Below are positions 39,573-53,559 of a DNA stretch of 62,400 nucleotides, one piece after another. Source of the DNA: Octopus bimaculoides (Eukaryota); contig NC_068985.1 of the NCBI RefSeq assembly GCF_001194135.2, forward strand, positions 89,292,332 to 89,354,731, written 5' to 3'. A program made the position numbers and the translations under genes. Positions within the stretch are counted from its first letter, which is position 1. Each line of letters opens with the position of its first letter. The notes below the pieces were generated by a model. The model ran no database searches. It saw only the letters and a program-made list of their open reading frames with translations, and had not been told where the DNA came from.

Positions 39573-39672
39573 TTGTAGAAGGCCATTGTCTAAGTTGCCA
39601 CGCAGCGGGACTAAACCCGGAATCGTGTGGTTGGTATGCAATCTACTTGCCACACAAACACTCGTGCACCTA
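39573..39672 (-). mobile_element. CORE-like SINE head, cut by a gap
   Basis: GCCACGCAGCGGGACTAAACCCGGAATCGTGTGGTTGG..CCACAC matches the head of 10250-10513. Confidence 0.75.
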
Positions 39673-40049
39673 TGCAAATATTTATGCAATAATGAAACAG
39701 ATGTGACTATAAATATACAAATAATGCAGATAATAAAACAAAAATGTCGAATAAGTAATAGATCGAAGCAGTTTTTACCAAGATAGCTAGCCAAAGTAAT
39801 CTGGATAATCGTTTGTAACAGTTTTTCCTAGGTAGAGATCAAGAGGGTTATACTTTAATATCATAGATCATTCAGGGGAAAGTTCGGGTAATATTTTACA
39901 ACCGTTTCATGAGTACGGTGAACGTTATGTACTGTAGGGTGCAGTGTGCGTACATATACAGTAAGTATATTGATGCTGGGGAATGAATACGAAATATCAC
40001 ACATTCACCTAAAGCATCTATTTTTTATGAAAGGCCTTCATGTTTCTCA

Positions 40050-40540
40050 CACCGGCGCCTAATCGATCAATGAGTTTTCGAATGCACCCATAAATATGTA
40101 TTGCATCATCGAGCGTGGAGTAATTCAAGTTGTCTAAATAATAGACATAGATAAATCCGTTATTTTGAGTCAGTATAATAGAAATATTTGATGCGCTTCT
40201 CCTTTTCTTAATACAGAAATTAACGCTCAGTCTTGTCAGCAGTTGAGATACTTCTCTAAGTCATCTATTAAATTGTACGTGCGATTATACATATTTCGGA
40301 TGTCAGTAAAATAAAATGAAACAATCTTTACTTTTCTTCCTCCAGTTCCATACTCGAATTTTCAACTCTTTTCACTAAACTCAGACACTCTTTTACAATT
40401 CTAGGTGATGACTCCTTGGAAAAGCGTAACTTATGCCATACATAACTGTAAGGTAGAATCTCATCTAGATCGATCGAAGCTTCACAAAATGGATATTTAT
40501 TCCACTTCGTTTCCAGCATACGTCGCATAACATGGTGTTC
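40050..40540 (-). mobile_element. Highly decayed LINE reverse transcriptase remnant
   Basis: Minus-strand YPFCEASIDL..VWHKL..RIV resembles the RT motif CAFIDLxKAFD..LWxKL. Downstream NLIDDLEKYL and YSTLDDAI resemble later RT motifs. Weak. Confidence 0.35.
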
Positions 40541-41224
40541 CTTGTGGGTAGACCTACTGCTTTCCGCGCTAATTTTAGCATCTCAGATTATAATAACGTC
40601 TGCGAGTTCCCACAACATGATGAGAAAGGGTACTTACATAATAATCTTGATTTTACTGATAATAAGAAACAGAATTGGATACAAGCTGCAAGTTAAGGCA
40701 ACATTGATTAAATGCATATTTCAACGATATTTTCTTCATATTTTTCCATTCTAAGATGCCGAATACACACACAAATACACACGCAAACACACACATACGT
40801 ATATACACACACTCGCACACACACTATTACACACACACTCGCGCATACACATGCATGTCACCTGTCTATCTCAGCCTCTTCTCTCTCTCTCTCTCTTTCT
40901 CTCCATTCTCCCGATACACCTATATATGCATATGTGTACATGCATCTGTATAAATTTCTGCACTATGTTTACATTAGCGGTGCTTAAATACATACATAGT
41001 TACATACGTATTTCAGTGCATGCGTATGTATGTATTATGTATGTGTGTGTGTGTGTGTATGTGTGTAAGAAATGTATACTATACCATTTATTTAAGGTGT
41101 TTTCAGATCACATGCTGCACATTACATTTAAATCTGCATATATATATNNNNNNNNNNNNNNNNNNNNNNNNNNNNNNNNNNNNNNNNNNNNNNNNNNNNN
41201 NNNATACATACATACATACATACA

Positions 41225-41255
<31 letters not shown>

Positions 41256-41924
41256 GTATGCATGTACGTACGTATTGAATTTTTGCAGTAACGAGTGCAC
41301 GTGTTACTACTAATTATAAGAGGGAATAAATTTACAAATTAAACCTTATGAAATTTCACATTTCAACAATTACTGAAATATCGAAGGAGAAATTAAAGAA
41401 TAAAACTGACTCTTAGAATGAATTATAATATTTCATGAAATTATTTTTACACTTAATATTACACTATTTTTTAAGTTTTAATTTTGATTCTATGCCTGGG
41501 AGAAAGGTTGAAGCCAATTTCATATTTAATTTTATATCAATCAAATTTTTCATTACTAATTTCCAGCAAGAATTGAGACAAATCAATAAAATAAAATAAA
41601 AATAATTTAGTTATTTTTCTGAACTAATCTCCTGACATAAAAATGAAACTTTTATTTGTTTATTTATTCTAGAATCCAATCATAATATTCGAGTTATGTT
41701 TGGAAAATATTTTCCTCTATGGTTTACTTGTCTCTAAGCAATTAAGTAATATTTTTCAATATTTAGTTTGTCGATGTAGTCCAAAAATATTCGGATGCGA
41801 TACACTCCGTCGTTAATAGCTGCTTTAATAAACTATGATTCCCTCACATCAATCAGTAGATAGGAAAGTATGTACATTCTGGAAGAGTTTATTCTTCAGC
41901 AATTGTGCGTCTAGGATTAAACTG

Positions 41925-42470
41925 AATACATCGATCCTGTTACTTAAAAGATCCTAATTTTATCGACTCTGAACGGATGCAGGTGAACTTTACCTCGTCG
42001 AGTGTTGAACTCTGGACTTGTACACGGTCGAAATAACTCTAAGTCTTTTACTCTTTGTGCCAATGATCCCGTTAGCAGGCAGCCATGTTAATACGAGTAA
42101 TATTGATCTAATATTTCGGCACAAGGCCAGCTAGTTCGGAGGAGGGATACGTTGATCTCATCGACGCCATTTTTTAACTTGTACTTATTTTATCGTCCCC
42201 GACAGGATGTTAATTTAGGTCTCGGCATAATTTGAACACAGAAAGTAAAGGCGGACGAAATGCTGCTAAGCATTTTTGTCCGGTGTCGTAACGATTCAGC
42301 CAGCTCACTGATATATATTAATACTAATATATTGGTTTTAAATTTTAGAATCAGGGTCAGCAATTTCAGGATAGGGAGTAAGTCGATTACATCGACCCCA
42401 GAGATAAACAGGGGTTGATGTAATCAACGTCTCTCGACCACCGAAATTGCTGGCCTTGTACCGAAACTTT
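41925..42470 (-). mobile_element. Cluster of degenerate Deu/Nin-like SINE copies (~41925-42080, ~42110-42310) plus an inverted tail pair (42331-42470)
   Basis: Recurrent ATCGAC..TTATCG..ACCTCG/TCTCGG..TTGAAC and head GCTAAGCATTT..AACGATTCAGCCAGCTC. Confidence 0.7.
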
Positions 42471-42879
42471 AGATCTATATATTAATAAGGTGTTATGGGA
42501 TGTAGAATATAACATGAATAATATAATCCTAATAAATCGCTGCAGTTTCTTTATATTCCCCGTATGTTTTCAAATATAGTAGTGAGTGCATACGACCTCA
42601 ACACAGATTCGGAGAAATTGCATTAAAATAGGTGAGGCTAACTTTTATATTACTATTCTGAGGTTTTAGTCTATTAGCCTATGAAGAAAAACATTACAAA
42701 TCGCGAGCTAACAACAACACCCGACATATATCATGACTGTGTTAGAAGTTTAGTTGACATATAGTTCATTGTTGGACCTAAATGAACAGACCTGGATCCA
42801 GATATGAATCACCTATTCTTCGCAAGTCCTAACTTGCATCTCTTACCGTATTTTTCTGATGAATACATATAATATATAT

Positions 42880-43075
42880 TCTTTTCTTCTCTAGGCACAA
42901 GGCCCGACATTTTTGGTGATGTGGGGCCAGTGAATTGGATCCACCCCAGTACACAACTGGAACTTAATTTATCGACCCCGTAGGGATAAAAGGCAAAATC
43001 GACCTCGGCGGAATTTGAACTCAAACATAAACACAGACGAAATACCGCTAGGCATTTCGCCAGCGTGCTAACGTT
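42880..43075 (-). mobile_element. tRNA-headed Deu/Nin-like SINE, near full length
   Basis: CTAGGCACAAGGCCCGAC..TTTATCGACCCCGTAGGGATAAAAGGCAAAATCGACCTCGGCGGAATTTGAACTC..GCGTGCTAACGTT. Confidence 0.85.
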
Positions 43076-44444
43076 ATGCATACAGTATATAATAGTATGT
43101 ACTACCTTATACATACAGTATATATTCTTATATGCATATGGTAATATGATTCAGGCGTAGAGGGCGAAATTCATAGGAATGTGCTGCTACATAGGAGGTC
43201 ATATTTGGGAATTACTTAAACATCATTAATTTAGTATGAGCCTTTGAACTTAGAAGAAAAAAAATTTCTAGTACCTATACGTAATTTCTGTTATCGTAAA
43301 TATTATTACGTTCGGATAATTATCTTTCGTATTTTAAAGGAAGCAATTTTGTCTATTCTATTGCAATGTATATCACATTAAATCTATAATATCCCATTCA
43401 ATTGAATAAACTGACTTCCATTCATATCATTTGCCTATCGATATACCATGCATAAGAGAGATTAGTGTGAAGTAAAGTTAATGACTGTAGAATTATTAGA
43501 TTACTAGACAATGTCATATGTTTATTTACTTATATCACATCCAGCTTTGATTAACAAAATGTCTATCTCTGTCTCTTGGTACATTAAAATAAATATTGAT
43601 GTCATATTGTCGTTGTTATTTTCAATTAACGGCTTCCATACATCTATTTAAGGGATTGTGTAAGAATTTCAAATAACATACGACAGAAAGATACATCAAA
43701 GTATATATATCTGTCACGTAACCATTATGAATTATTCTTTACGGAAAATTGAGAGACTGTTACTTAATTAATTTCATTAAACTTCGTATAGTTTATCAAT
43801 GTTGTATTTGCTTCATTAAAGATCAGTATCGATATTTTTCAGGCAAAAAAAAAAGAAGGAAAAGAAAAAAATTGGAAAACACACACCCAGGTTGAAGCTG
43901 TATTCGTACCAAAATTATGAAGTAATTGTAAAGATTAACTTTCATGTGGGCATAACAAATGGACGATGAATAAAACATTGTGCAAGAAATTGATATGAAA
44001 TTTAGATTGAGATTGATTCAGAGTTAAGATGCAATCCAATTAAACCTCATTAATACAGTGATCCGATGATTAATTTTAGGGCATTTTGGCAAGGAAAAGT
44101 GTCAAGAGTTGTTTTAATAAATTTCAGGAGTATTTTAAAGGATTTTGAAACCTTCGTTAAATGCAAAATTCTACTACTCAAAAATCATTTTAATTTCAAG
44201 TATGGCAACATCCGCATAATATAGAAAAAGGATACATTTAATATTAATAATGAGCAACCCTTGAGTTTGTGAAATTAGATCCAACAAGGACCAGTAACGC
44301 CCATGAACTGGCTCAAAATATGGTACTTGAATTGTCTGGGTTTCACTAATTATAGTAATTAATTTTTCAAAGACTAAACCACACTTGAAATAAGAGGATC
44401 ATAGTTAACTTAGACAAATAAAATAAAACAGGTCGACAAATTTT

Positions 44445-44612
44445 ATTGGGAGATGGACTACATCGACACCCAGAACATGATTGATACTTTATTCATCGAT
44501 CCCGAAAAGATGAAATGCAAAGGTGAACTCGGCTGAATTCGAACGTAAAGATGAACGAAATCACCCACTAAGCCTTTTGTCTAGCATTCTAACAATTCTG
44601 GCAGTTCGCCAT
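44445..44612 (-). mobile_element. Degenerate Deu/Nin-like SINE
   Basis: ATCGATCCCGAAAAGATGAAATGCAAAGGTGAACTCGG..AATTCTGGCAGTTCGCC. Confidence 0.7.
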
Positions 44613-44987
44613 CTTCTTATAATACAATCCCTTTTTTTTCTTCTTTGTCTTATAAACCAAGTTTACGTCGAACACTTTGTATATTTATTTGACCCTTCTC
44701 CACCAACATAGACTTCAGGACATTTACAAATTACTGATTAGAATGTATAAATGTATTTATGCATAAATGTATACATGTATCTAAGAGATCGTTATACCGT
44801 ATTATAGAGAAACATTAAACCACTTACCAAAGATATCCGCGGTGTTTACTTACTCGTGTTACCTGTTCTGAGTGTACAGCACTGATTTTGTGTCCAGTTA
44901 TCTAATACTTTGAATATTAAGAGAAAAGAAAAAGACAAGTAGAAATACAGATATAGTGAAGGAAATGAAACTTAACACTTATTATCG

Positions 44988-45052
<65 letters not shown>

Positions 45053-45524
45053 AAATAAACATATAGTAATAGTAACGAATATAAGAATAATTCATGGATT
45101 AATACGTATTAACGTTCATAATGTTTAATCTATTCAGATGATCGGAATCAAATGTTACCCACGGGACATCATATGCGAGAGAAAGCTATCAAGCAGTTGT
45201 GAAGTACTCTAAGGTAGCCTTCGCTGTTAAATATCATTAACCGAGAATGTTAAAAATTCGCGTGTCTTCGCATGAAACACTGGCTAAGAAATTCTAAATT
45301 TACACCGATACAGCTTTAATCTTAGAACGAACCACTGCATCCACAAACGACTACAAGTTTGACCGTTTCCTTGAATATGACAACTTGGCAAAATAACCAT
45401 AAAGCTAAAGTCGAACTATGTATATCTCGTGATCAATACTCCCCATTTGAACTTGACTAGCACCACCGCACACAACACAATAGAAAGCATGTACTTTTAA
45501 AAGGTTAAAACATGTAACAGGTAA

Positions 45525-45998
45525 TACAGTTTTATATTTAAGAGATGAGGGATTATGTACATTATTTACATTATTAACATTTGACGGATATTTGTCCTCA
45601 TTTTGTTTGTTAGCAACACAACGTTTCAGCTAATATACCCTCCAGCCTTCATCATGTGTCTTGAGGAAATTTCGAACCTGGGTTCTCATTCCTAAGGTAT
45701 TTTTTGAAGTTGTTGTTATTATTATTATCATTATTATTATTAATATTATTATTATTATTATTGTTATTATTATTATTATGGAGGTGACTAAGAGCGCGGG
45801 CTACTAACCCCAAGATTCCGAGTTCAAATCCAGGAAGTGACTTACATAATAATAATAACATCGAAACATACTTTAGCAATGAGAACCCAGATTCCAAAGT
45901 CTGAAGAATATAACAGCTGAAGCGTGGTGTCAACAACAAACAAGATGTGGACAAACATCCGTCCAATGTAAATAATATAAATGTAACACAGATTCCTA
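45525..45998. mobile_element. Hammerhead-bearing repeat family, copy 4 (inverted pair; plus arm keeps the longest tRNA-like head)
   Basis: Minus arm 45525-~45780 is complete at its 3' end. The plus arm from ~45783 reads GGTGACTAAGAGCGCGGGCTACTAACCCCAAGATTCCGAGTTCAAATCCAGGAAGTGAC, then a partly deleted body. Confidence 0.85.
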
Positions 45999-46329
45999 AT
46001 TAACTTTGTTATCAGTAAATCGGTCGATTTCATGTTAATCACCCAGGAGGGTGTGAGATGCAAACATCTCAAGATAACAAAACCGTCATATTTCTACCAG
46101 TCAACGCTAAAGCAAAGATACTGTTCTTACAACATCAACAATAACGATGAGAATAATGAATGACTAATGTATATTTGATTATTTTGGTAATTGCAAGAAT
46201 AAGAAAAACATTCTGATGTGAAAAGAAATATTTAAATTAGGTCAGAAGTCTGGTTTAATTATTGATATTCAGACCGGGTTGGTGTATTATTGGTGTATCA
46301 TTATTTTTTAATTGTTCATCTATTTTTTA

Positions 46330-46678
46330 CTTCTTTCAGTCATTACCCCAACGGTCATGCAGGGGCGCCGTCGTCAGGCATTTCAGTCGAATTTATCGAC
46401 CGAGGTACTATTTATTTAAAGCCTCGTATTTGTTTTATCTTTCTCCTTGACGAATCCCTATTTTACGATGGGGGTAGGCCCACCACCACACGCAGACACG
46501 CACACACACTCACCGACACACACGCGTGCACACACAAACTCAAACACACACATATACAACAAGCTACTTTCAATTTCCTCCTTCCAAATCCACTTACAAA
46601 GATTTGCCGTGAACGAGGCAATAGTAGAAGATATTAACCCAAGGTGCCAAGCAGTGGGACTGAACCCGAAAGCATGCA
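46330..46678 (-). mobile_element. Degenerate CORE-like SINE
   Basis: CCAAATCCACTTACAAAG..AGTAGAAGATATTAACCCAAGGTGCCAAGCAGTGGGACTGAACCCG. Confidence 0.7.
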
Positions 46679-47209
46679 ACAATTTCTGTTATCAAAAACA
46701 GAATGTAAATGAGAAGAGAAGACAATAAGTTAACGTTTGTTTAACCATTAATCAAGATTGAGCAACGCAATTATCTCTTCTATACTTAATGTGATTATCT
46801 TTTTATGACAGCAGCTTAAACATGTATACTTATTGTACGAGATTTGAATTTGCATTCATTTTGCATTCGACTTTTCTCCCTCTCACACCAAATTAGAACC
46901 TTAATTAAGATACGTCATGATATGAACTCGCAGAAAGATACGGAATGATTGGAAATCGTTGGTCATTGTGAATCTAGATATAAACAACCCAAATTACTAA
47001 ATACTTTCTTTCTTCTCCTCAGGTTTTTCATACAACTCTCTAAACTCGCTCTCTCCTACCTTCACTTTTCCATTACTTTCTCTTCAATACTCTCTCCTTT
47101 CAGAATTGTGTCTTTGTATTTACATCTCTTTAAACTCCTCCCTCTCATTCACACATCTTTCTTGCTCTGTCTCTGTCTCTGTCTCTGTCTCTCTCTGTCT
47201 GTCTCTGTA

Positions 47210-47279
<70 letters not shown>

Positions 47280-48509
47280 TGTGTAACATTCCTATCTTTA
47301 AATTCCATCTCTTCTACACTCTACTCCATTCCCATTCGCTACAATTCATCTCACTACAAGACTGGCATTATATCTGTCTGTAGTCATACCTCCTTTCACA
47401 CACACGCATACACACACACCCACACCCCCACACCCACACACACCCACACACACGCACACGCACGCGTGCACGCACGCACACAGACACACAGACACACACA
47501 TCTGTCTATTTCTGTATCACCCAGTACACACCTTTTCTTCTCTCTGAATATCTTTCACTATCATTCATTCTCTTTTTCTCATTCATTCTCTTTCTCCCCC
47601 ACTCTTCTCTCTGTCTAAGCGCACATGTTCATACACAACCATGCGCACACTTACTTATATACATATATCAGCATAAACACTCACCCCATTTATATAGAAA
47701 TCAAAAGTCTCTCTCTACCGTCCTATAATTTCGCTACNNNNNNNNNNNNNNNNNNNNNNNNNNNNNNNNNNNNNNNNNNNNNNNNNNNNNNNNNNNNNNN
47801 NNNNNNNNNNNNNNNNNNNNNNNNNNNNNNNNNNNNNNNNNNNNNNNNNNNNNNNNNNNNNNNNNNNNNNNNNNNNNNNNNNNNNNNNNNNNNNNNNNNN
47901 NNNNNNNNNNNNNNNNNNNNNNNNNNNNNNNNNNNNNNNNNNNNNNNNNNNNNNNNNNNNNTATATATATATATATATATATATTAATATATACGGCCAA
48001 AAGAAAATGGAGGGGAAACAAAAAATGACGTACATCAGAACCGATCTTTTAATCTTTTACTCTTTGATATATTACTCATATATAATTGTGTAGCACACCG
48101 TCTTTGCATGTGTATGTATTCTTATAATAATCCCTTTTGTTTTGGAATAATCATAATAGAATGTCTACCGGCTGATGTAAGTCATTTTTGTATCCCCTCC
48201 ATTTTATTTTTTTTTTTGCCGTATCAATTTATGGTAAACCACTTTTTATCCCTGCCCATATATGACACTCGATTGCGAAATTGCCAACTGATAACTAGTA
48301 CTTGGATACTAAAAAATGCTCACACTACCAGCAGTATATTGGATAGGTAATATCCCTTAGTCGGTTGCCTTCCCAACCTCTAACTCACGGAAATATATAT
48401 ATATATTGTTATAGAGTAAATTTATGTGACTACCTGTATCAAATGCTAAACTGTAATAAATACATATTTATACAGAGCCATACGTAGTTAGCAGCAAAGC
48501 AAATACTAC

Positions 48510-48632
<123 letters not shown>

Positions 48633-49354
48633 TGCTACTGATGCTGCCTTCTGCTGCGAAAAGAATATCACCATAACGTAACCATTGAAATGAAAAATTA
48701 ACTTCACGCAGTATTGTTCATCATATCCTGATTTGCAATTTTTTTCTTCAATCTTTTGAGAATTCTGGCAGCTAAAGGCAACATCAGAGTCAACAAGTCT
48801 CAGCAGATTGTCACGCAGCAGCGAAGGCAGTGAGCATGCAGAACAAAGTTGTGACTGCTGGTGGATTGTGTATCGGGATGAAAAAGATTGTGGAAAGCGT
48901 GTGCTTCAATAAAGTTATAAAAAGGGGCATTTTTCATGAATCACTAATCAGGACTACAAATTAATGAAAGAAAATGAAAATATAGAAAAGCATCGCCTTA
49001 AAAAGAACAATAGAAAAGACAGTTCGAAGCCATATGACACTTTCTCTTAAAACTCATTAGTTAAATGATTTATTTTTGTGACTGATTTAATGAAATCTAT
49101 CAATTTTGATATGAATAATTGTACAAATTAATGAATATGAAACTGACTACAGTTATAAGTTATAAGGGTTTTGCAACAAACAGACACTCATATGTACACA
49201 TTCAAAGTAAAGGTTGTATTGGAAATGTGTTGATTTACTTCTAATTTTAAAGTGTTTTTTAAGTGATACACATGTATTATTTTATCCTATTATTTCACTT
49301 CATGTTGCATCAGTAAATGTTTATATATTTATGAGCCAATATATGTATTAGTTC

Positions 49355-49482
49355 GAAAAGGCGTCGAACTGTCAGAATGTGTAGCACGCAGGAAAAAGAA
49401 ATGCTTATCGGCACTTCTTCCGACTTTTCATTCTGAGTTCAAACGCCGACAGAGAAAGGCTTTTGTTTTCATTCTTTAGGGG
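49355..49482 (+). mobile_element. Degenerate Deu/Nin-like SINE 5' part
   Basis: AAGGCGTCGAACTGTCAGAATGTGTAGCACGC..TTCTGAGTTCAAA..TTTCATTCTTTAGGGG. Confidence 0.65.
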
Positions 49483-50070
49483 CTACTAAAACACAAGTTA
49501 ATCACTGACGCTGTTGTAATGAACTTACTCTTATCCAAAACTGCGCATTTGAAATAGCTGGAGATACGATATTTAGACCAGAAGTCTTTTTTTTTTTGTC
49601 AAGAAATAAAAGAAAATTGCGTTTAATCGCTTAAACAGAGGTCCAAATGTGAGAAAAAAATTGTATTGCACTTCCGAATGTAAGTATCACAATATATACG
49701 AAAAACAAAAATAAAATAAAATATACTATTTCTAAGATATTTCAATTACACACAAACATCCCTAGAGATTTTGCGTTATTGATATATATATTTATAAGTG
49801 TTTGTGTATATGTGTGAATGAATGTGTGTGTGTGTGGGAGTCTGCGTGTGTATGATTTTTCTGTAATCATGTGTGTGTGCGTATANNNNNNNNNNNNNNN
49901 NNNNNNNNNNNNNNNNNNNNNNNNNNNNNNNNNNNNNNNNNNNNNNNNNNNNNNNNNNNNNNNNNNNNNNNNNNNNNNNNNNNNNNNNNNNNNNNNNNNN
50001 NNNNNNNNNNNNNNNNNNNNNNNNNNNNNNNNNNNNNNNNNNNNNNNNNNNNNNNNNNNNNNNNNNNNNN

Positions 50071-50110
<40 letters not shown>

Positions 50111-51021
50111 ATAGATGATATAGATGATGGGTGTGAAGAATCCACACCTTATTCACATGAGTATTATGGTTCTATAAAGCTAAATTTGGAACTAGATTTC
50201 CATCAACAACATGCACAGTCAGAGATTGGTATTTACACTGGCAATGTATTATGTGCCAATAAGTAAATTATATAAAGCGTAAATACCGATTAGGTTTTGT
50301 ATGACTTTGCTAACATACACACACACACACACATCTATATGTATGTGTGTGTGCGTGTATGTCTGTGTGTGTGCGTGCGCGCGCGCGTGTGCGGTGTGTG
50401 TATGTATGTATGAATTAGTAATTCAATGTCTGTGTTGTGTAACATATTTCATTTCAGTTAGTGATTTTATATCCTATATTTCTTTATTTGTGGTGTGTTT
50501 GATCATAAGATTTTACATTAACTTAATTAAAGCTGAGCTGATAAGCATTACAAATTAAATTTCAAATCAAATTTTGTATTTTGGGGAATAATAAATATAT
50601 TACTTCACAAAACTGTTGAGGCTTCAGGGCTAAATCTTGCAACAGTAATCTAGAGATAATTTAGATGAATATATATATATATATATATATATTTGTATGG
50701 AAAGAAAAAGAAAAGAATTACAGAAGAATATATTTTGAGCAGATTTAGATATGAACTTTTGTATATATTGATATTAATTTAGAAGTGCGTATACTGTTTA
50801 CAAATGAATATAATATGGGAATGTATGTGTTTAAGAATAATTGTGGTATCAATGCTAAACACGAGACCCACAGTGAATGAAAGCGCAGCTTAAGTATTTA
50901 TCAATACGTTTATCATATATTTATTCCGAAATAGAAGAATGTATATAATTATATGTATGACATGTATGCATGTTCTTACCACACAGACACCACATAATAT
51001 ACGTACATATACATATACATG

Positions 51022-51053
<32 letters not shown>

Positions 51054-52102
51054 CATATATATATATACACATATATGCATATTCATATATATATACATAT
51101 ATATATATATATATGAATATATATTTTTACTCTCACTGTTCCTTATATTTATGTATANNNNNNNNNNNNNNNNNNNNNNNNNNNNNNNNNNNNNNNNNNN
51201 NNNNNNNNNNNNNNNNNNNNNNNNNNNNNNNNNNNNNNNNNNNNNNNNNNNNNNNNNNNNNNNNNNNNNNNNNNNNNNNNNNNNNNNNNNNNNNNNNNNN
51301 NNNNNNNNNNNNNNNNNNNNNNNNNNNNNNNNNNNNNNNNNNNNNNNNNNNNNNNNNNNNNNNNNNNNNNNNNNNNNNNNNNNNNNNNNNNNNNNNNNNN
51401 NNNNNNNNNNNNNNNNNNNNNNNNNNNNNNNNNNNNNNNNNNNNNNNNNNNNNNNNNNNNNNNNNNNNNNNNNNNNNNNNNNNNNNNNNNNNNNNNNNNN
51501 NNNNNNNNNNNNNNNNNNNNNNNNNNNNNNNNNNNNNNNNNNNNNNNNNNNNNNNNNNNNNNNNNNNNNNNNNNNNNNNNNNNNNNNNNNNNNNNNNNNN
51601 NNNNNNNNNNNNNNNNNNNNNNNNNNNNNNNNNNNNNNNNNNNNNNNNNNNNNNNNNNNNNNNNNNNNNNNNNNNNNNNNNNNNNNNNNNNNNNNNNNNN
51701 NNNNNNNNNNNNNNNNNNNNNNNNNNNNNNNNNNNNNNNNNNNNNNNNNNNNNNNNNNNNNNNNNNNNNNNNNNNNNNNNNNNNNNNNNNNNNNNNNNNN
51801 NNNNNNNNNNNNNNNNNNNNNNNNNNNNNNNNNNNNNNNNNNNNNNNNNNNNNNNNNNNNNNNNNNNNNNNNNNNNNNNNNNNNNNNNNNNNNNNNNNNN
51901 NNNNNNNNNNNNNNNNNNNNNNNNNNNNNNNNNNNNNNNNNNNNNNNNNNNNNNNNNNNNNNNNNNNNNNNNNNNNNNNNNNNNNNNNNNNNNNNNNNNN
52001 NNNNNNNNNNNNNNNNNNNNNNNNTTCTATTTTTGAATCATTTAAATTCTTTTTTTTTTTAGTTAATTTTCGTTAATTTTTGTTTATATTCAGATCATTA
52101 AA

Positions 52103-52340
52103 AAGGAATGTCAAGTTAAGAAAATCGAGGATTTTCGACACCCGCTTCATTTTATTTTAATCAAGGTTCTAAGGCCGCAAAAGATGCTCGCGACATTTGT
52201 GCTGTGTATGGACAGGGTACCATAGCGGACAGAAACGCTCGTGATTGGTATGCCAAGTTCAAAAATTGAAATTTTGACCTCAAAGTCACACCTTGTTCTG
52301 GCCGTCCAGTTGAGTTCCATGAAAAACGATTAAACCAACA
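52103..52340 (+). mobile_element. Mariner transposase 5' fragment
   Basis: (M)ECQVKKIEDFRH..FNQGSKAAKDARDICAVYGQGTIADRNARDWYAKFKN*NFDLKVTPCSGRPVEFHEKRLNQ, a typical mariner HTH with the SGRP motif; ATG is mutated. Confidence 0.9.
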
Positions 52341-52354
52341 TGCTCGGCCCAACT

Positions 52355-52476
52355 GCATAGCACCATGGTGAAGTGTCTTCTACTATAATCTCAGGCCAAC
52401 CAAATCCTTGTGAGTTGATTTTGGAGAAGGAAACTGAAAGAAACTAGTGGTATATGCATATATATATATATGTGTG

Positions 52477-52523
<47 letters not shown>

Positions 52524-52720
52524 TTGTCTTTGTCTGCCCACTATTGCTTCAGAACACCGGTGTTCGTGTTTCCATCCCCGTAACTTAAGGGATTCCGTGA
52601 GAAAAACCTTCAGAATAAGTACGGAGTTTAAAATAATAAAATAGTGGGGACGAGTCACTGGACTAAATAATCTTTATTCAGAAACCCAGGCATAGCCACA
52701 TTATAATGACTGGTATAATA
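52355..52720 (+). mobile_element. Degenerate CORE-like SINE
   Basis: GAAGTGTCTTCTACTATA..CCTTGTGAG..GGAAACTGAAAGAA, an internal (TG)n tract, and CCCCGTAACTTAAG..AGAATAAGTAC. Confidence 0.7.
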
Positions 52721-52784
52721 AAAAGCTAAAACTGATACGGTAGTTTTGCTTTTTGTTATGGTCATAATTAATTATTTACTAAAT

Positions 52785-52995
52785 ATTTTTTTTTCTACTC
52801 TATGCACAAGGCCCAACATTTTGGAGAGGGGACCAGTCGATTAGATCAACCCCATTACGTAAGAGGTACTTAATTTACTGACCCCGAAAGGATGAAATGC
52901 ACAGTCGACTTCCGATGAATTAGAACGTAACAGCAGACGAAATACTGCTAAGCATTTCACCCGGCGTGCTAACGTTTCTACCAGCTCGCTGCCTT
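52785..52995 (-). mobile_element. tRNA-headed Deu/Nin-like SINE, full length
   Basis: GCACAAGGCCC..GACCCCGAAAGGATGAAATGCACAGTCGAC..GCGTGCTAACGTTTCTACCAGCTCGCTGCCTT|AATAAT. Confidence 0.85.
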
Positions 52996-53299
52996 AATAA
53001 TTTATAATAGCACATTTCGAATGTTTCTAATTATTTATTTGCAATTAAAAATTCATTGTATGTTTCATTTATGTTGGTACTTAATATCTTTTGCATTTTT
53101 AATCAGTTGTTTCTAAATAAATTTATTTTCTTGAAATTCAGAACGCATTCTACTTTCTCAGTTTTAAAAATGTAACAGATCTTCATGTTCATTTATAGCT
53201 GCAAATTATTTTTCACTTCCTACAAACTTTCTAAAATGTCTACGCTCTTCGAGTCAGGCATCTGCGAACACGTTTCCTCTTTTTTCTTATTGCTTATAT

Positions 53300-53523
53300 T
53301 CCTTTAATTGTTTTTGTCATTTGCTAGCAGCCATGCTGGAGCACTGCCTTCAGTCCAACAAATCGACCACAGGAGTTATTCTTCATATTCTAGTGCTTAT
53401 TCTATCGGTATTTTTTGCCGAACCGATGGTGTACGGGTCTAAAACACACCAACATAAGTTGTCAAGTGATTGTGTGGACACACAGACATACAAACACTGA
53501 TACACAGACACACACATACACAT

Positions 53524-53559
<36 letters not shown>

